Assembly (NCBI GenBank): GCA_963773145.1
Contig: CAVYZV010000005.1
Location: 366,271-430,270 of the forward strand
DNA length: 64,000 nucleotides
Direction of reading: 5' to 3'
DNA from: an uncultured Solirubrobacteraceae bacterium
GTDB lineage: Bacteria; Actinomycetota; Thermoleophilia; Solirubrobacterales; Solirubrobacteraceae
Of the stretch, positions 19,975 to 29,952 are shown piece after piece (positions within the stretch are counted from its first letter, which is position 1; each line of letters starts with the position of its first letter). The notes below the pieces were generated by a model that saw only the letters and a program-made list of their open reading frames with translations, searched no databases and had not been told where the DNA came from. Made by a program: the position numbers and the translations under genes.

Positions 19975-21504
19975 TCACACGTCGCGCAGCGGGTCCTCGG
20001 CGTAGGCCTCGAGCTCACCGTGGCCGGCGCGGAAGTCGACCACCCGCCGGCGCGCGTCGGCGAGCAGCGCCCGCGCTCCGGCCAGCTCGTGCGGCTCGAA
20101 GAAGCGCGTCAACAGCAGGGACGCGGGCACGAGCGCCAGCCACGCGATCCGCGCCGCGAGCCCGCCGAAACCGGAGGTGGGCAGCAGCAGCTCGCCCGAG
20201 ACCGCAATGGCCGCCAGCAGCGCCGTGAGCTGGGCGAGCCTTCGCCACTGGAAGGCGACGCTGAAGAGGCCGCGGGTCAGGATGTACATCACGACCAGCA
20301 TCGCCACGTAGGCGCCGCACAGGGCCACGCCCGCGCCCTCGCTGCCGAGGCCCGCCCCCGTGGCGGGGACCAGCAGCAGCAGCAGGGCGACGTTGACGGC
20401 CAGGCCCACCGCGGCGGCGGGGAAGTTGCGGGAGGTGACGCGCGCGCGGCCGCTGATCGCGACGAAGACGAGGTACAGGCCGTACAGCGACCACCCGAGC
20501 GCCAGCCACGGCAGCGCGCGGTGGGCGCCGAAGAACTCGGGCGCGGCCAGCAGCCTCACCATCCAGCGCCCGAGCAGCGCCACGGCGCACACCACGACCC
20601 CCGTCGCGAGGGCGTAGTAGGTGGTGACCAGCGAGTAGAGCCCGGCCGCCTCCTCGTCGCTCTCGATCGAGTAGGCGAGCGGAGGCCACGCGTACTGAAA
20701 GCCGCGCACGGCCACGAACACGACCGTGGCGAGCTTGATGGCGACCGCATACAGGCCGGCGGAGCTGTGCGAGTAGTGGCGGAACAGGTAGAAGCGGTCG
20801 ACCACCTGCAGCGCGTACACGCTGGCGTCGGCCGGCACCGTCGGCAGCCCGAAGTGGAGCATCGCGCGCAGGTCGCCCATGCGGGCCCGCAGCGAGAAGC
20901 GCCGCCGCAGCACCCACCAGAGGGCGAGCACGATCACGGCCGAGGCGCCGAAGTTCCCCAGCAGCAGCCCGCGCGCGCCCTGGCCCGCGAACACCACCAG
21001 CGTGACGGTGAAGGTCACGCTCAGCAGCACGTTGGCGGCGGAGGCGTAGAGGTAGGTGCGCCTGCGTTCGTCCACCCGCAGCTGGGCGTAGGCCATCTCG
21101 AGGTTCGTGAAGGCCCACAGCCCGAGGATGGCGCAGTCGATCAGGAGCGGGTCGTGGAAGCCGAGCAGCGCCTTGGAGAGCGGCCCCGCGAAGGCCACGG
21201 CCACCAGCGAGGCGACGGTCGTCGTCCACGCCACGGTGGCCGTGGCCGTGCGCGCGATGCGGTTGCGCCGCTCCTCGTCGTCGTCGTCGAAGTAGAAGCG
21301 GATGAACGCCTCCCCCACCCCGCCGCGCAGCAGGATGCTGACGAGGATCACCGCGGTCAGCAGCGTTTCCGCAGCCCCGTAGCCCTCCGGGCTGACGTGG
21401 CGGGTGTACAGCGGCAGCGTCAGCAGGGCCAGGCCCTTGGCGAGGATGTCCCCGAACTGATACGCCGCGCCCGACACCACCAGGCGCTTCAGGTAGCCGA
21501 GCAC
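19975..21504 (-). CDS. Oligosaccharide flippase (Wzx/MOP family)
   Basis: Many TM helices; LPLYTRHVSPEGYG, VDRFYL, GLYAVA motifs. Confidence 0.88.
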   Translation of the reverse strand: MLGYLKRLVVSGAAYQFGDILAKGLALLTLPLYTRHVSPEGYGAAETLLTAVILVSILLRGGVGEAFIRFYFDDDDEERRNRIARTATATVAWTTTVASLVAVAFAGPLSKALLGFHDPLLIDCAILGLWAFTNLEMAYAQLRVDERRRTYLYASAANVLLSVTFTVTLVVFAGQGARGLLLGNFGASAVIVLALWWVLRRRFSLRARMGDLRAMLHFGLPTVPADASVYALQVVDRFYLFRHYSHSSAGLYAVAIKLATVVFVAVRGFQYAWPPLAYSIESDEEAAGLYSLVTTYYALATGVVVCAVALLGRWMVRLLAAPEFFGAHRALPWLALGWSLYGLYLVFVAISGRARVTSRNFPAAAVGLAVNVALLLLLVPATGAGLGSEGAGVALCGAYVAMLVVMYILTRGLFSVAFQWRRLAQLTALLAAIAVSGELLLPTSGFGGLAARIAWLALVPASLLLTRFFEPHELAGARALLADARRRVVDFRAGHGELEAYAEDPLRDV

Positions 21505-21533
21505 AGCCCCTCAGACGCTACTGGCGAGGACGC

Positions 21534-22943
21534 TCACGACCCCACCGCCTGGGCCTCCAGGGGCGCCGCGGCGGGCGCTCGCGGGCGCGGTCCGGCGCCG
21601 CGTGCGAGTGCCGCCCCGACCGCCAGCAGGGTCCAGGTGAACGGATCCTCGAGGAAGTCGGCGTAGGTCCACGTGTGCAGCACGAGGGTGGCGAAGCAGG
21701 CCGCGATCGCGATCCGCGGGGGCGAGCGCCCGGCGCCGCTGAAGAGGACCACGAAGGCGCTCACCAGGAACGCGAAGTACACCGCCAGGCCGACGATCCC
21801 CTGCTCGGCGGAGATCGTCACGGGGATCGTGTGCGAGGCGGAGACGGCGTTCTGATTGGTCGTTTCCGAGACCTGCCGGTACTCGGTTTCGAAGGATCCC
21901 GACCCGTACCCCTGCAGCGGGCGTTTGGCGAACAGTTTCAGGCCGCCTTCGACCAGGGTCGAGCGGCCGCTGGTGGCGTTGCTGGTGGAGCCGCTGGACC
22001 CCTTGAGGCCGAAGTGCAGGCTCTTGGGCGCGGCGAGCAGGACGGCGAGCGCGAGCACGAGCACACCCGCTGCCGTGATCAGGGTCGCCCGCAGTCCGTA
22101 GCGGTAGCCGGCGAGCACCGCCAGGCCGAGCAGCAGCGCGGCGATGCTGGACTGCGAGAAGCTGGTCACGAGCCCCGCCAGCAGCCACGCCAGCACGCAC
22201 GCGCCGGCCACCACGGTGCGGCGGTTGGCGGTCCACAGCACGACCGTGCTGACCGCGACCATCACCAGCGCCAGGAAGCGGCCGTAGACGCTCGGGTCGA
22301 AGAACACCGAGTTGACGCGAAAATAGTTGTCGAACTGGTTGGCCGCGACGACCTTCGGGTTCAGGAACAGCGACTTGCGGGCGTACTCGACGAACCCCAC
22401 CCCGGCGAACAGGACGGCCTCGGCGACCACGATCGCGAGGCATCGCAGCAGCAGCTCGCGGCGCCAGCGGACCGTCGACAGGAGCACGAACAGCACTCCG
22501 AAGGGGAGGTAGAAGAAGAGCAGGTTCTCGCCCCCCTTGGTGGCGTCGCTGGAGTAGATGCTCTGCACGCCGTAGAGCAGGACGCTGGCGCCCAGCAGCC
22601 ACGTCATCCCGGCGGGCGTGCCCCAGAAGGCGAGTTCGCGCCGCGGCCGGGCGACCCTCCAACTCCCCGTCCTGCGGGCCTCGAGCACGGCCGGCAGCAG
22701 CTGGGCCAGGATGCCCGCCGCGAGGACCAGATACAGGGGGACGAGCAGGTTGACCGTGCGGCCCCCGGTGGAGATCGGCACGCGGAAGGGCAGGGCGAAG
22801 ATGGCGAGCATCGGCAGGGCGTCCGGCTGACGGCGCATCAGCATCACCAGGGCACCGATCACGACGGCGGCGGCGAGTGCGGCGAGCACCAGCACACCCG
22901 CCGAGGGCAGCTTCGTCGCCAGCGTCACGACGGTCGTGCTCAC
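21534..22943 (-). CDS. O-antigen ligase/polymerase (Wzy/WaaL-like)
   Basis: Polytopic membrane protein; RVNSVFFDPS, TSFSQS, RPLQGYGSGSF, SHT..EQGIVG. Confidence 0.85.
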   Translation of the reverse strand: MSTTVVTLATKLPSAGVLVLAALAAAVVIGALVMLMRRQPDALPMLAIFALPFRVPISTGGRTVNLLVPLYLVLAAGILAQLLPAVLEARRTGSWRVARPRRELAFWGTPAGMTWLLGASVLLYGVQSIYSSDATKGGENLLFFYLPFGVLFVLLSTVRWRRELLLRCLAIVVAEAVLFAGVGFVEYARKSLFLNPKVVAANQFDNYFRVNSVFFDPSVYGRFLALVMVAVSTVVLWTANRRTVVAGACVLAWLLAGLVTSFSQSSIAALLLGLAVLAGYRYGLRATLITAAGVLVLALAVLLAAPKSLHFGLKGSSGSTSNATSGRSTLVEGGLKLFAKRPLQGYGSGSFETEYRQVSETTNQNAVSASHTIPVTISAEQGIVGLAVYFAFLVSAFVVLFSGAGRSPPRIAIAACFATLVLHTWTYADFLEDPFTWTLLAVGAALARGAGPRPRAPAAAPLEAQAVGS

Positions 22944-23482
22944 GGCGACTCCAGCGCGAAGCTGCGGGGCGAGCGGATCGTGCGGTGCTGGTCGCGCAGG
23001 TGGATTTCGACGCGGTAGTCACCGGGCTTGGCGAGCGGACCGGTGGGCAGCGCCACGAGCACGGTGCGCCCGCTTGCGGTGTGCGTCAGGCGGTAGCTGC
23101 GGGCGGGGCCCCGGCGGCCGTTCCAGCGCAGGGAGAACTGTTTGTAGCGGGGCAGCCGGCGCCCCCGCACGAGCGTCGCGACGACGTCGCCCTCGGAGTC
23201 GATCACCGCCACCGTCACCGAGTCGGCCTGCTTGAGCTTGAACGAGATCGCCTCCTGTTTGAGGCGCGAGCCCGGGTAGGGCGAGAACACCGGGGTCAGC
23301 TCGAAGGTCTGCACCGCGGTGGGCGTGTGCTTCAGCCGCTGGGTGAGGAAGAACGCCCCCAGGCACGCCAGGACCAGGCACCCGAGGACCACGCTGGCAA
23401 GCGGGTCCGGCGGTCCCCTGCGAGCGTCTATGGCGCCATTGCGAGGAGCGAGACGGCCTGCGTCCGCGCCGGCGCTGCTCAA
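22940..23482 (-). CDS. Membrane-anchored FlgD Ig-like domain protein (start uncertain)
   Basis: TM helix then FSP, VAVIDSEGDVVATL, WNGR, GDYRVEI. Possible TTG start overlaps the comA stop. Confidence 0.65.
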   Translation of the reverse strand: MSSAGADAGRLAPRNGAIDARRGPPDPLASVVLGCLVLACLGAFFLTQRLKHTPTAVQTFELTPVFSPYPGSRLKQEAISFKLKQADSVTVAVIDSEGDVVATLVRGRRLPRYKQFSLRWNGRRGPARSYRLTHTASGRTVLVALPTGPLAKPGDYRVEIHLRDQHRTIRSPRSFALESP

Positions 23483-24246
23483 TCGGAGCCGCCCCGCGCG
23501 AAGCGCTCGACCGTGTCCGAGCGCAGGCCCAGGCGCAGCGTCTCGAGCGAGAGCACGTCGGCGGGGGCGATGTTGCCGAGGTTGCACTCGGTGCCGAAGT
23601 GACGCAGCAGCCATACCTGCTGCTCGCGCTGGGGGGCCTCGAAGATCACCCTCCCGGGATCCACGGCGTGGGCGATCTCCTCGATCAGGCCGGTCCTGGG
23701 CTCGCCGGTGGCGCGATAGATGCCGGCCGTGCCGGACTCACGGGCCTCGGCGATCACCTTCCAGGCTCCCGCCGCGAGGTCGCGTTCGATCTGTTCGACC
23801 CACACATACGGGGCCATGATGAACTCCGCGTCCTTGCTGCCCACCTCCGACAGCACGGTGAACTCCGAGGCGAGCCGTTCGATCAGCTCCCGCTTGACGT
23901 CCCCGTCGAGCGCGATCGTGCCGTCGGAGACCTCGACGTGGCGTAGCCCGAGCTCGCGCATCCATTCGATCAGTCCCTCGACTCGGTTCTGGCGGATCGC
24001 GATCTCGGTCAGGGTCCCCCCCAGCACGACCGGCACCCCGGCGGACGCGTAGCGCTCGAGCTTGGCCTTCAGGTTGGGGCTCACCACCGCCGTCCCCCAG
24101 CCGAGCTTGACGAGGTCGACGATCGCGCAGGACACCTCCAGGAGGCTGTCCACCTCCGCCACCGACAGGCCCCGGTCGATCACGTGCGTGATGCCGCCCT
24201 CACGGGGCTTGACGGAGCGCTCGGGGATATCGAGAAAGCCGGCTAT
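23479..24246 (-). CDS. comA: Phosphosulfolactate synthase
   Basis: KPREGGITHVIDRGL, KLGWGT, GGTLTE, EVSDGTI, SEVGSKD, EARESG, IFEAP, LETLRLGLRSDT. Homology-like sequence extends to about 24246, upstream of the first canonical start (24183). Confidence 0.88.
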   Translation of the reverse strand: MAGFLDIPERSVKPREGGITHVIDRGLSVAEVDSLLEVSCAIVDLVKLGWGTAVVSPNLKAKLERYASAGVPVVLGGTLTEIAIRQNRVEGLIEWMRELGLRHVEVSDGTIALDGDVKRELIERLASEFTVLSEVGSKDAEFIMAPYVWVEQIERDLAAGAWKVIAEARESGTAGIYRATGEPRTGLIEEIAHAVDPGRVIFEAPQREQQVWLLRHFGTECNLGNIAPADVLSLETLRLGLRSDTVERFARGGSD

Positions 24247-25991
24247 TGGCCCGTGGCGCCCGAGTCGGCGCCCATGATCACAACGACCTGGGCCGAGTCG
24301 GCGAGCGCGGAGACCGATTCTTCGAGCGGCTGCACGGTGCTCTTGGAGAGCGCCCGGGCCACTTCTTCGGCATCGGTCCGCTGTCCGGGCGCGTACTCCA
24401 CCACGGTGGCCCCGTTGGCCCCGCTCGGCTTGCCACCCAGCGGCGTCGCCTGGGAGTAGCCGTTGCGCTGCAGTTCGGCGGCGATGCGGTGGGCCAGGCC
24501 TTCGGTTTCCGTGCCGTTCAGGACGGTGACCGTCATCGCCGCCTTGGCGGCGGCCGAGAGGCCCGTGTGCCCCGATCCGCCTTTCGAGCCGTGGGAATGG
24601 TGACCGGCCGTGACGTTGGTGACGGTCGTCGTGGGCGAGCTGCTGTGGTGGGGGCTCGAGCCTCCGCCGCCGGAGATCAAGATCACGGCCACCACCACGA
24701 TGCCCACGACCAGGGCGCCGATCAGAAGCGCCCGTTTGCCGGCTGAGGACCTTCCAGAGCCGCCCCGGCCCGCACGGTGACGGGTGATCGGCCCCTTCTC
24801 TCCGGTGGCGGTCAGGGGTGCGGCGTCATCGGCCGCAGAGCCGGCGGCGCGTGTGCGTTCGGCGCCGCCGCTGGGCGCGGGCGGGAAGCGCCCGGCAGCC
24901 GTTGCCGCTTCGCCGGAGTTCCGGGGAGGCGCCCCGGTGCTCGCAGGCGAGGCCCCCGAGGTCGGCGGCCCGGGGGTGTTGACGGTGCGCAGCGGCGGCA
25001 GCGGAGAGCGCGGAGGAGCTCCGGGGCCACCCGCCACGGCCGCAGCGGTGGCAGGCGCCGGAGAGCGGGCGGCGAGGGCTCCCGCACGGATCTCGGCGGC
25101 ATCGGCCGGGGCGTGTCCGGCTGTCCCGGGAGCCTGCGCCGGAGGGTTGCCCGCCACCCGCGAGGCCTGCGCCATGGCCGCGGCCGAAGCCGGAGCCGCG
25201 ACCGGGGCGCCGGGACGGGCGGGCGTGGCGGCGGGAGTGCCGGCCGCGGGCACCGGCGAGGACTGCTGTCCGGGGGCCGCCTGCTGGCCGGGAGCCGGCG
25301 GCTGACCGGGCCGGGCCGGCTGGCCCGCCGTGGCGGGCTGGCCCTGGGCGGGGGCCTGGCCGGACTGAACGTTGTTGGCGGATCCCGCGGGATGCGCACC
25401 CGTGGGCACCGCGGTGGGCCCGGCGGACGCCGCCGCGGGCGCCACCGAACCAGGCGTCGCCGCTGCGCCTGGGACGCCGGCCGCGGCAGCACCGGCCTGT
25501 CCCGGGGCGCCGGCCGTACCCGCGGCACCGGCCTGAGCCGCGGCGGAGGCGGCGGCAGTGGCGGCCGTGAGCGGACTGGGGACGCCGGGGCGTCCGGCCT
25601 GCGCCGTCGCGGGGGCGCCCTGGGCGGAGGCGGCCACGAGCGGGCTGGCCGCGGGCGGGGGCAGCGGCGGGGCGCCGGGAGTGGCGGTCGGTCTGGGTTG
25701 CTGGCCGGGGGGGATCGGGGTGCCCTGGATCGGGCGCACGGCCTGCACGCCGGTGGCCGGCTGCTGTTGCTGCTGGACCCGCACCGCCGCGGCGGCGGCC
25801 ACGCGCTGCTCGTTTTCGGCATCGCGCTCCGGTGCCCGCCCGGCCCACTCGCGCAGCCGCTTGATCTCCCTCGCCTGGGAGAAGACGAGCAGGGACAGGA
25901 TCGCGATGCCGAGCATCGCCACGAAAGCTGCGATCGCGCCGACCTTCGTGAACGAGTTCGACAGCGACAGCGCAGTCGGCAGGAACGTCAT
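24243..25991 (-). CDS. LytR C-terminal domain membrane protein with long Pro/Ala/Gln-rich cytoplasmic region
   Basis: N-terminal TM, low-complexity linker, second TM, VTVLNGTETEGLA..VVVIMGAD. Confidence 0.8.
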   Translation of the reverse strand: MTFLPTALSLSNSFTKVGAIAAFVAMLGIAILSLLVFSQAREIKRLREWAGRAPERDAENEQRVAAAAAVRVQQQQQPATGVQAVRPIQGTPIPPGQQPRPTATPGAPPLPPPAASPLVAASAQGAPATAQAGRPGVPSPLTAATAAASAAAQAGAAGTAGAPGQAGAAAAGVPGAAATPGSVAPAAASAGPTAVPTGAHPAGSANNVQSGQAPAQGQPATAGQPARPGQPPAPGQQAAPGQQSSPVPAAGTPAATPARPGAPVAAPASAAAMAQASRVAGNPPAQAPGTAGHAPADAAEIRAGALAARSPAPATAAAVAGGPGAPPRSPLPPLRTVNTPGPPTSGASPASTGAPPRNSGEAATAAGRFPPAPSGGAERTRAAGSAADDAAPLTATGEKGPITRHRAGRGGSGRSSAGKRALLIGALVVGIVVVAVILISGGGGSSPHHSSSPTTTVTNVTAGHHSHGSKGGSGHTGLSAAAKAAMTVTVLNGTETEGLAHRIAAELQRNGYSQATPLGGKPSGANGATVVEYAPGQRTDAEEVARALSKSTVQPLEESVSALADSAQVVVIMGADSGATGQ

Positions 25992-28063
25992 GCTCGCGGG
26001 GAGTTTATGAGTGGAACAGGCGCCGGGTTGCCGGTTGGGCTGAGGATCTCCTCATCCGCCGGCGGCGCCTCCTCCACCGCGGGTGGCTCGCGGCGGACGG
26101 CGGAGAGGGCGGCGACCTTGGCTGCCAGGCCGGCCGCGTCGCCCTCGAGCACGAGCAGCCCGATCTCGGCGAACATCGCCTCCACCTGCTCCGCGGCGAG
26201 CGGCTCGCGCTCGGCCCGCAGGATCTTCTCGGCCGATGTGGTCATCGGCCGCTCGTAGCTGTTGAACAGCTCCTCGGCGAGCTTCTCCCCGGGCCGGCGC
26301 CCGACGATCTCGATGTCGATGTCGCGCTCCGGGTCGAGACCGGAGAGGTCGATCATCGCGCGGGCGAGGTCGACGATGCGCACGGGCTCGCCCATGTCGA
26401 GCACGAACACCTCGGCTCCGGGCCGCGGTGCGATCCGCCGCGCGGCCAGCCGGCCGCCGGAGGGATCTCCGCTGCCCGTGGGACGGGGCTCGCCGATCAG
26501 CGAGCCGGAGCGGATGATCAGCTGGACCGCCTCCGGGATCGTCATGAAGTAGCGGGTCATGCGTTCGTCGGTGACCGTGATCGGGCCCCCGCGCTCGATC
26601 TGGCGGCGGAAGATGGGGACCACGCTGCCGGAGGAGCCGAGCACGTTGCCGAAGCGGACGGCGGCGTAGCGGGTGCCTCCGAAACGCGCGGTGGCGGCCT
26701 CGAGGGCGAACTCGGCGAGCGCCTTGGAGGCGCCCATCACGGTCGCCGGGGTGACGGCCTTGTCGGTGGAGACGAGCACGAAGCGGCGCACGTCCAGCTG
26801 GCCGGCGACGTGGGCCACGACACGGGTGGCGATGGCGTTGTTGCGGACGGCCTCGACGGGGTTTTCCTCCATCAGGCCGACGTGCTTGTAGGCGGCGGCG
26901 TGGAAGACGATCGAGGGGCGATGCTCGGTCATCACCTCCCGCATGCGCTCCTCCTCCTTGCAGTCGGCCAGCACCGCCGCCAGCATCGAGGGCGGCACGT
27001 GGCGCTCGTCCTGGAGCTCGCGCTGGATCGAGAAGAGGTTGTCCTCGGCGTGGTCGACGAGCACGATGCGGTGGGGCTCCACGCGGGCGATCTGCCGGCA
27101 CAGCTCGCCGCCGATGGAGCCGCCGGCGCCGGTCACGAGCACGACCTGCCCGGTCAGGTATGCGCCCACCCGCTCGAGCTCCATGTGCACCGGCTCGCGG
27201 CCGAGCACGTCCTCGACGCGGACCTCGCGCACCTGCCGGGCCAGCGCGCCGCGGGTCTGCAACAGCTCGAACAGCGTCGGCAGGGTCCGCACCGGGATCC
27301 CCCTCGTGCGGCACTCGCGCACGATCCGCGCGCGGGTGGAGCCGGGCGCGGAGGGGATCGCGATGATCACTTCGCCGGGTTCGACCTGGTCGAGGATGCG
27401 CGGCAGGTCCTTCTCGGTGTCGCCGCGCACGGGCACGCCGTCGATCCGCAGGCCACGCTTGCGGTGGTCGTCGTCGAGGAACCCGACCGGCGCCAGCCCG
27501 AGCTCGCGGTTGCGCATGATCTCGCGGACGACCATCCGCCCGCCCTCTCCGGCCCCGGCGATCAGGACCGACCGCTGGCCGCGGCGCTCGCCGCGGAAGG
27601 CCGCCAGGGGCCGGCGCTCGGAGATGCTGCGGACGACTGCCCGCAGGCCGACCAGGAACACGACCGCGAGCAGGAAGAAGAGCACGATGACCCCGTTGGG
27701 CAGCACCACCGCGACGGTGCTGTGGTGCGGGTAGCGATCCACCGGGCGCAGCACCTCGATCGCGACGGCGGTGAGCAGCACGATCGCGATCACCGCCTTG
27801 ACGAGCGTCTCGTAGTCGCGCTGCCCGGCGAAGCGGTAGCGGCGCTGGTAGACGCGGAACAGCACCAGCACCACGACGCTCAGCGCGATCACCCACCAGA
27901 TCGTGTCTTCGCGCAGGTGTGCGTAATAGCGCGGCGGGCCGCTGTTGAAGCGGAGCTGGAAAGCGAGGTAGTACGCGAGCCCGACGAGCACTCCATCGAC
28001 AGCCAGCTGCGCGAGCATGTATCGGTGGAGCGGTGGGGCCGCCGAACGCATACGTCGGCGCAT
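25988..28063 (-). CDS. Nucleotide-sugar 4,6-dehydratase (CapD/PglF-like)
   Basis: 4 TM, GAGEGG, TGAGGSIGGEL, FHAAAYKHV, STDKAV, VRFGNVLGSSGSV, RYFMTIPEA, RPGEKL. Confidence 0.93.
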   Translation of the reverse strand: MRRRMRSAAPPLHRYMLAQLAVDGVLVGLAYYLAFQLRFNSGPPRYYAHLREDTIWWVIALSVVVLVLFRVYQRRYRFAGQRDYETLVKAVIAIVLLTAVAIEVLRPVDRYPHHSTVAVVLPNGVIVLFFLLAVVFLVGLRAVVRSISERRPLAAFRGERRGQRSVLIAGAGEGGRMVVREIMRNRELGLAPVGFLDDDHRKRGLRIDGVPVRGDTEKDLPRILDQVEPGEVIIAIPSAPGSTRARIVRECRTRGIPVRTLPTLFELLQTRGALARQVREVRVEDVLGREPVHMELERVGAYLTGQVVLVTGAGGSIGGELCRQIARVEPHRIVLVDHAEDNLFSIQRELQDERHVPPSMLAAVLADCKEEERMREVMTEHRPSIVFHAAAYKHVGLMEENPVEAVRNNAIATRVVAHVAGQLDVRRFVLVSTDKAVTPATVMGASKALAEFALEAATARFGGTRYAAVRFGNVLGSSGSVVPIFRRQIERGGPITVTDERMTRYFMTIPEAVQLIIRSGSLIGEPRPTGSGDPSGGRLAARRIAPRPGAEVFVLDMGEPVRIVDLARAMIDLSGLDPERDIDIEIVGRRPGEKLAEELFNSYERPMTTSAEKILRAEREPLAAEQVEAMFAEIGLLVLEGDAAGLAAKVAALSAVRREPPAVEEAPPADEEILSPTGNPAPVPLINSPRA

Positions 28064-28128
28064 CGCAGGGGATTGTACGGCCAGAAGGCGACCTAGACGG
28101 CAAATCTCGCGGGGCTACGCCGCTCGGC

Positions 28129-29163
28129 CTAGAGCGCGCTAAGCGCGAGTTCGAGCAGCACCCGGGGGTCCCTGCGCACTCGTGCCGGGGCGGGCGCACG
28201 CGTGCGGGGCCCGAGGTCGAGCTCGGCGGCGCTCGTCAGCGGGCGCAGCCGGCCCTCGGCGATGAGGCGTTCGTCGACGGCCCCCATGCGGCCCGCGAAG
28301 GTCGTGTAGGCGGGCGTGCCGAGGGCCACGGCCTCGCGGTTCATGGTCCCGCCGGCCGAGACCACCGCGTCCGCGAACGCGCACAGGGACTGGGCGTCGA
28401 TCACGTGGTCGGGCACCAGCAGGCCACGCATCTCGCCCAGGGCCGCCCGCTGGGAGGCCGCCCGCGGCAGCACCACGCACTGCAGCTCGCCGGCCGCGGC
28501 GGCGGCGGCGAGGCGCTCCAGCAGGGCCGCGAAGAGGTCGTTTTCGAAGCGGTGGTAGAGGGACAGCTCCGGCGGTGTGCGGACCAGGACCAGCGGGCGC
28601 TCGCGGTCGAGGCGCAGCTGGCGCAGGACCTCCTCGTCGGGCTCGAAGTCGCTCAGGTAGTACTCCTCCTTGAGCCCCTCGTAGCGGCGCAGCTTGCGTG
28701 TGGCGCCGTAGCGCGCCAGGCGCTCGGGGGGAATCGCCTCCGGCACCACCACCGCGCGGGCCAGGCGGCAGTTGATCGAGTGCTGGACCGTCGCCCACTC
28801 GTAGTCGAACATCGTCGCGCTGGGGATCCGCAGCACCGCGGCCGCCACGCTGATGTCGTTGGAGCCGTGCCCGAGTGCGAGGTCGAACGGCCGCGCCCCG
28901 GGCCGGCGGCGGCGGCGGCGGCGGGCCCAGCGGACCAGAGCCAGCGAGCGGGAGGTGAGGCCGATGGCCTTCGAGCTGATGCGCTCGCCGCGGTGACGGC
29001 CGATGGCCGTGTGGTCGATCCCGAAGCGGTCGCACAGCTCCAGCGTCTGGGAGAAGTCGCGGGCGGTCACGCTGACCTCGTGTCCTTCCGCCCGCAGCAG
29101 CTCGATCAACGGTCGCAGCACGAGCACGTGGGGGCTGTTGGTGAGGTCGACCCAGACGCGCAT
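28129..29163 (-). CDS. DUF354 family protein (GT-B/epimerase-like)
   Basis: MRVWVDLTNSPHV, YEGLKE, SAGGTMNREAVALGTP. Confidence 0.85.
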   Translation of the reverse strand: MRVWVDLTNSPHVLVLRPLIELLRAEGHEVSVTARDFSQTLELCDRFGIDHTAIGRHRGERISSKAIGLTSRSLALVRWARRRRRRRPGARPFDLALGHGSNDISVAAAVLRIPSATMFDYEWATVQHSINCRLARAVVVPEAIPPERLARYGATRKLRRYEGLKEEYYLSDFEPDEEVLRQLRLDRERPLVLVRTPPELSLYHRFENDLFAALLERLAAAAAAGELQCVVLPRAASQRAALGEMRGLLVPDHVIDAQSLCAFADAVVSAGGTMNREAVALGTPAYTTFAGRMGAVDERLIAEGRLRPLTSAAELDLGPRTRAPAPARVRRDPRVLLELALSAL

Positions 29164-29280
29164 GGCGCCTCAAGCTAGCCGCCCGCGCCGCCGGCACGCC
29201 GCCCGGCGCTCGATGAGCTTCCGTTCATGGGGGCCGGATGCGGCCCTCGGCGTGGACCGGCGCAAGTATCGTGTCCCGCC

Positions 29281-29952
29281 GTGCTGGACGCCGTCGTGCT
29301 CGCATCGATCTCCGAAACGCTCGTTAACGAAATGTCGCGCGTCATCGCGGACGCCGGCCTCGTCGGGATCGTCGCGCTGATGACGCTGGATACAGCCTGC
29401 GTCCCTATTCCCTCCGAGGTCGTATTGCTGTTTGCCGGGTTCGCCGTCGCGAACCCCGTTCAGGCGGGCACGCATCACCAGATGACCTTTGTGGGCGTGG
29501 TGGCGGCGGCCCTGCTCGGAACGATGCTGGGCTCCTGGATCGCCTACGGGGTGGGGCGGGCCGGCCGGTTAGAGCTGTTCGAACGGCACGGTGAGCGCTT
29601 TCACGTCGGCCCCACGCAGATCGCGTCGGCGGACAGGTGGTTCGCGCGCTACGGCTCCTGGGCCGTGCTGTTCGGGCGCGTGATCCCCGTCGTGCGCGCG
29701 TTCATCTCGCTGCCCGCGGGGGCCGCAAGGATGCCGCTGGGCCGTTTCAGCCTGCTGTCCTTCATCGGGGCCATCCCATGGGTGGTGGGCCTGGTCTTGG
29801 CCGGCGAAGCCCTCGGCCACAACTGGAAGACGGCTCGTCGTGGCTTCGAGTACGTCGACTACGTGATCTTCGCCCTGATCGTGCTCGGGATCGCGTACCT
29901 GATCGTGCGCCGTCGGCGGGGACGCAAGCCCGCCACCGATGCGGCGGGCTGA
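29281..29952 (+). CDS. DedA family membrane protein
   Basis: PIPSEVVLLFAG, WFARYG, GRVIPVVRAFISLPAG. Confidence 0.9.
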   Translation: MLDAVVLASISETLVNEMSRVIADAGLVGIVALMTLDTACVPIPSEVVLLFAGFAVANPVQAGTHHQMTFVGVVAAALLGTMLGSWIAYGVGRAGRLELFERHGERFHVGPTQIASADRWFARYGSWAVLFGRVIPVVRAFISLPAGAARMPLGRFSLLSFIGAIPWVVGLVLAGEALGHNWKTARRGFEYVDYVIFALIVLGIAYLIVRRRRGRKPATDAAG

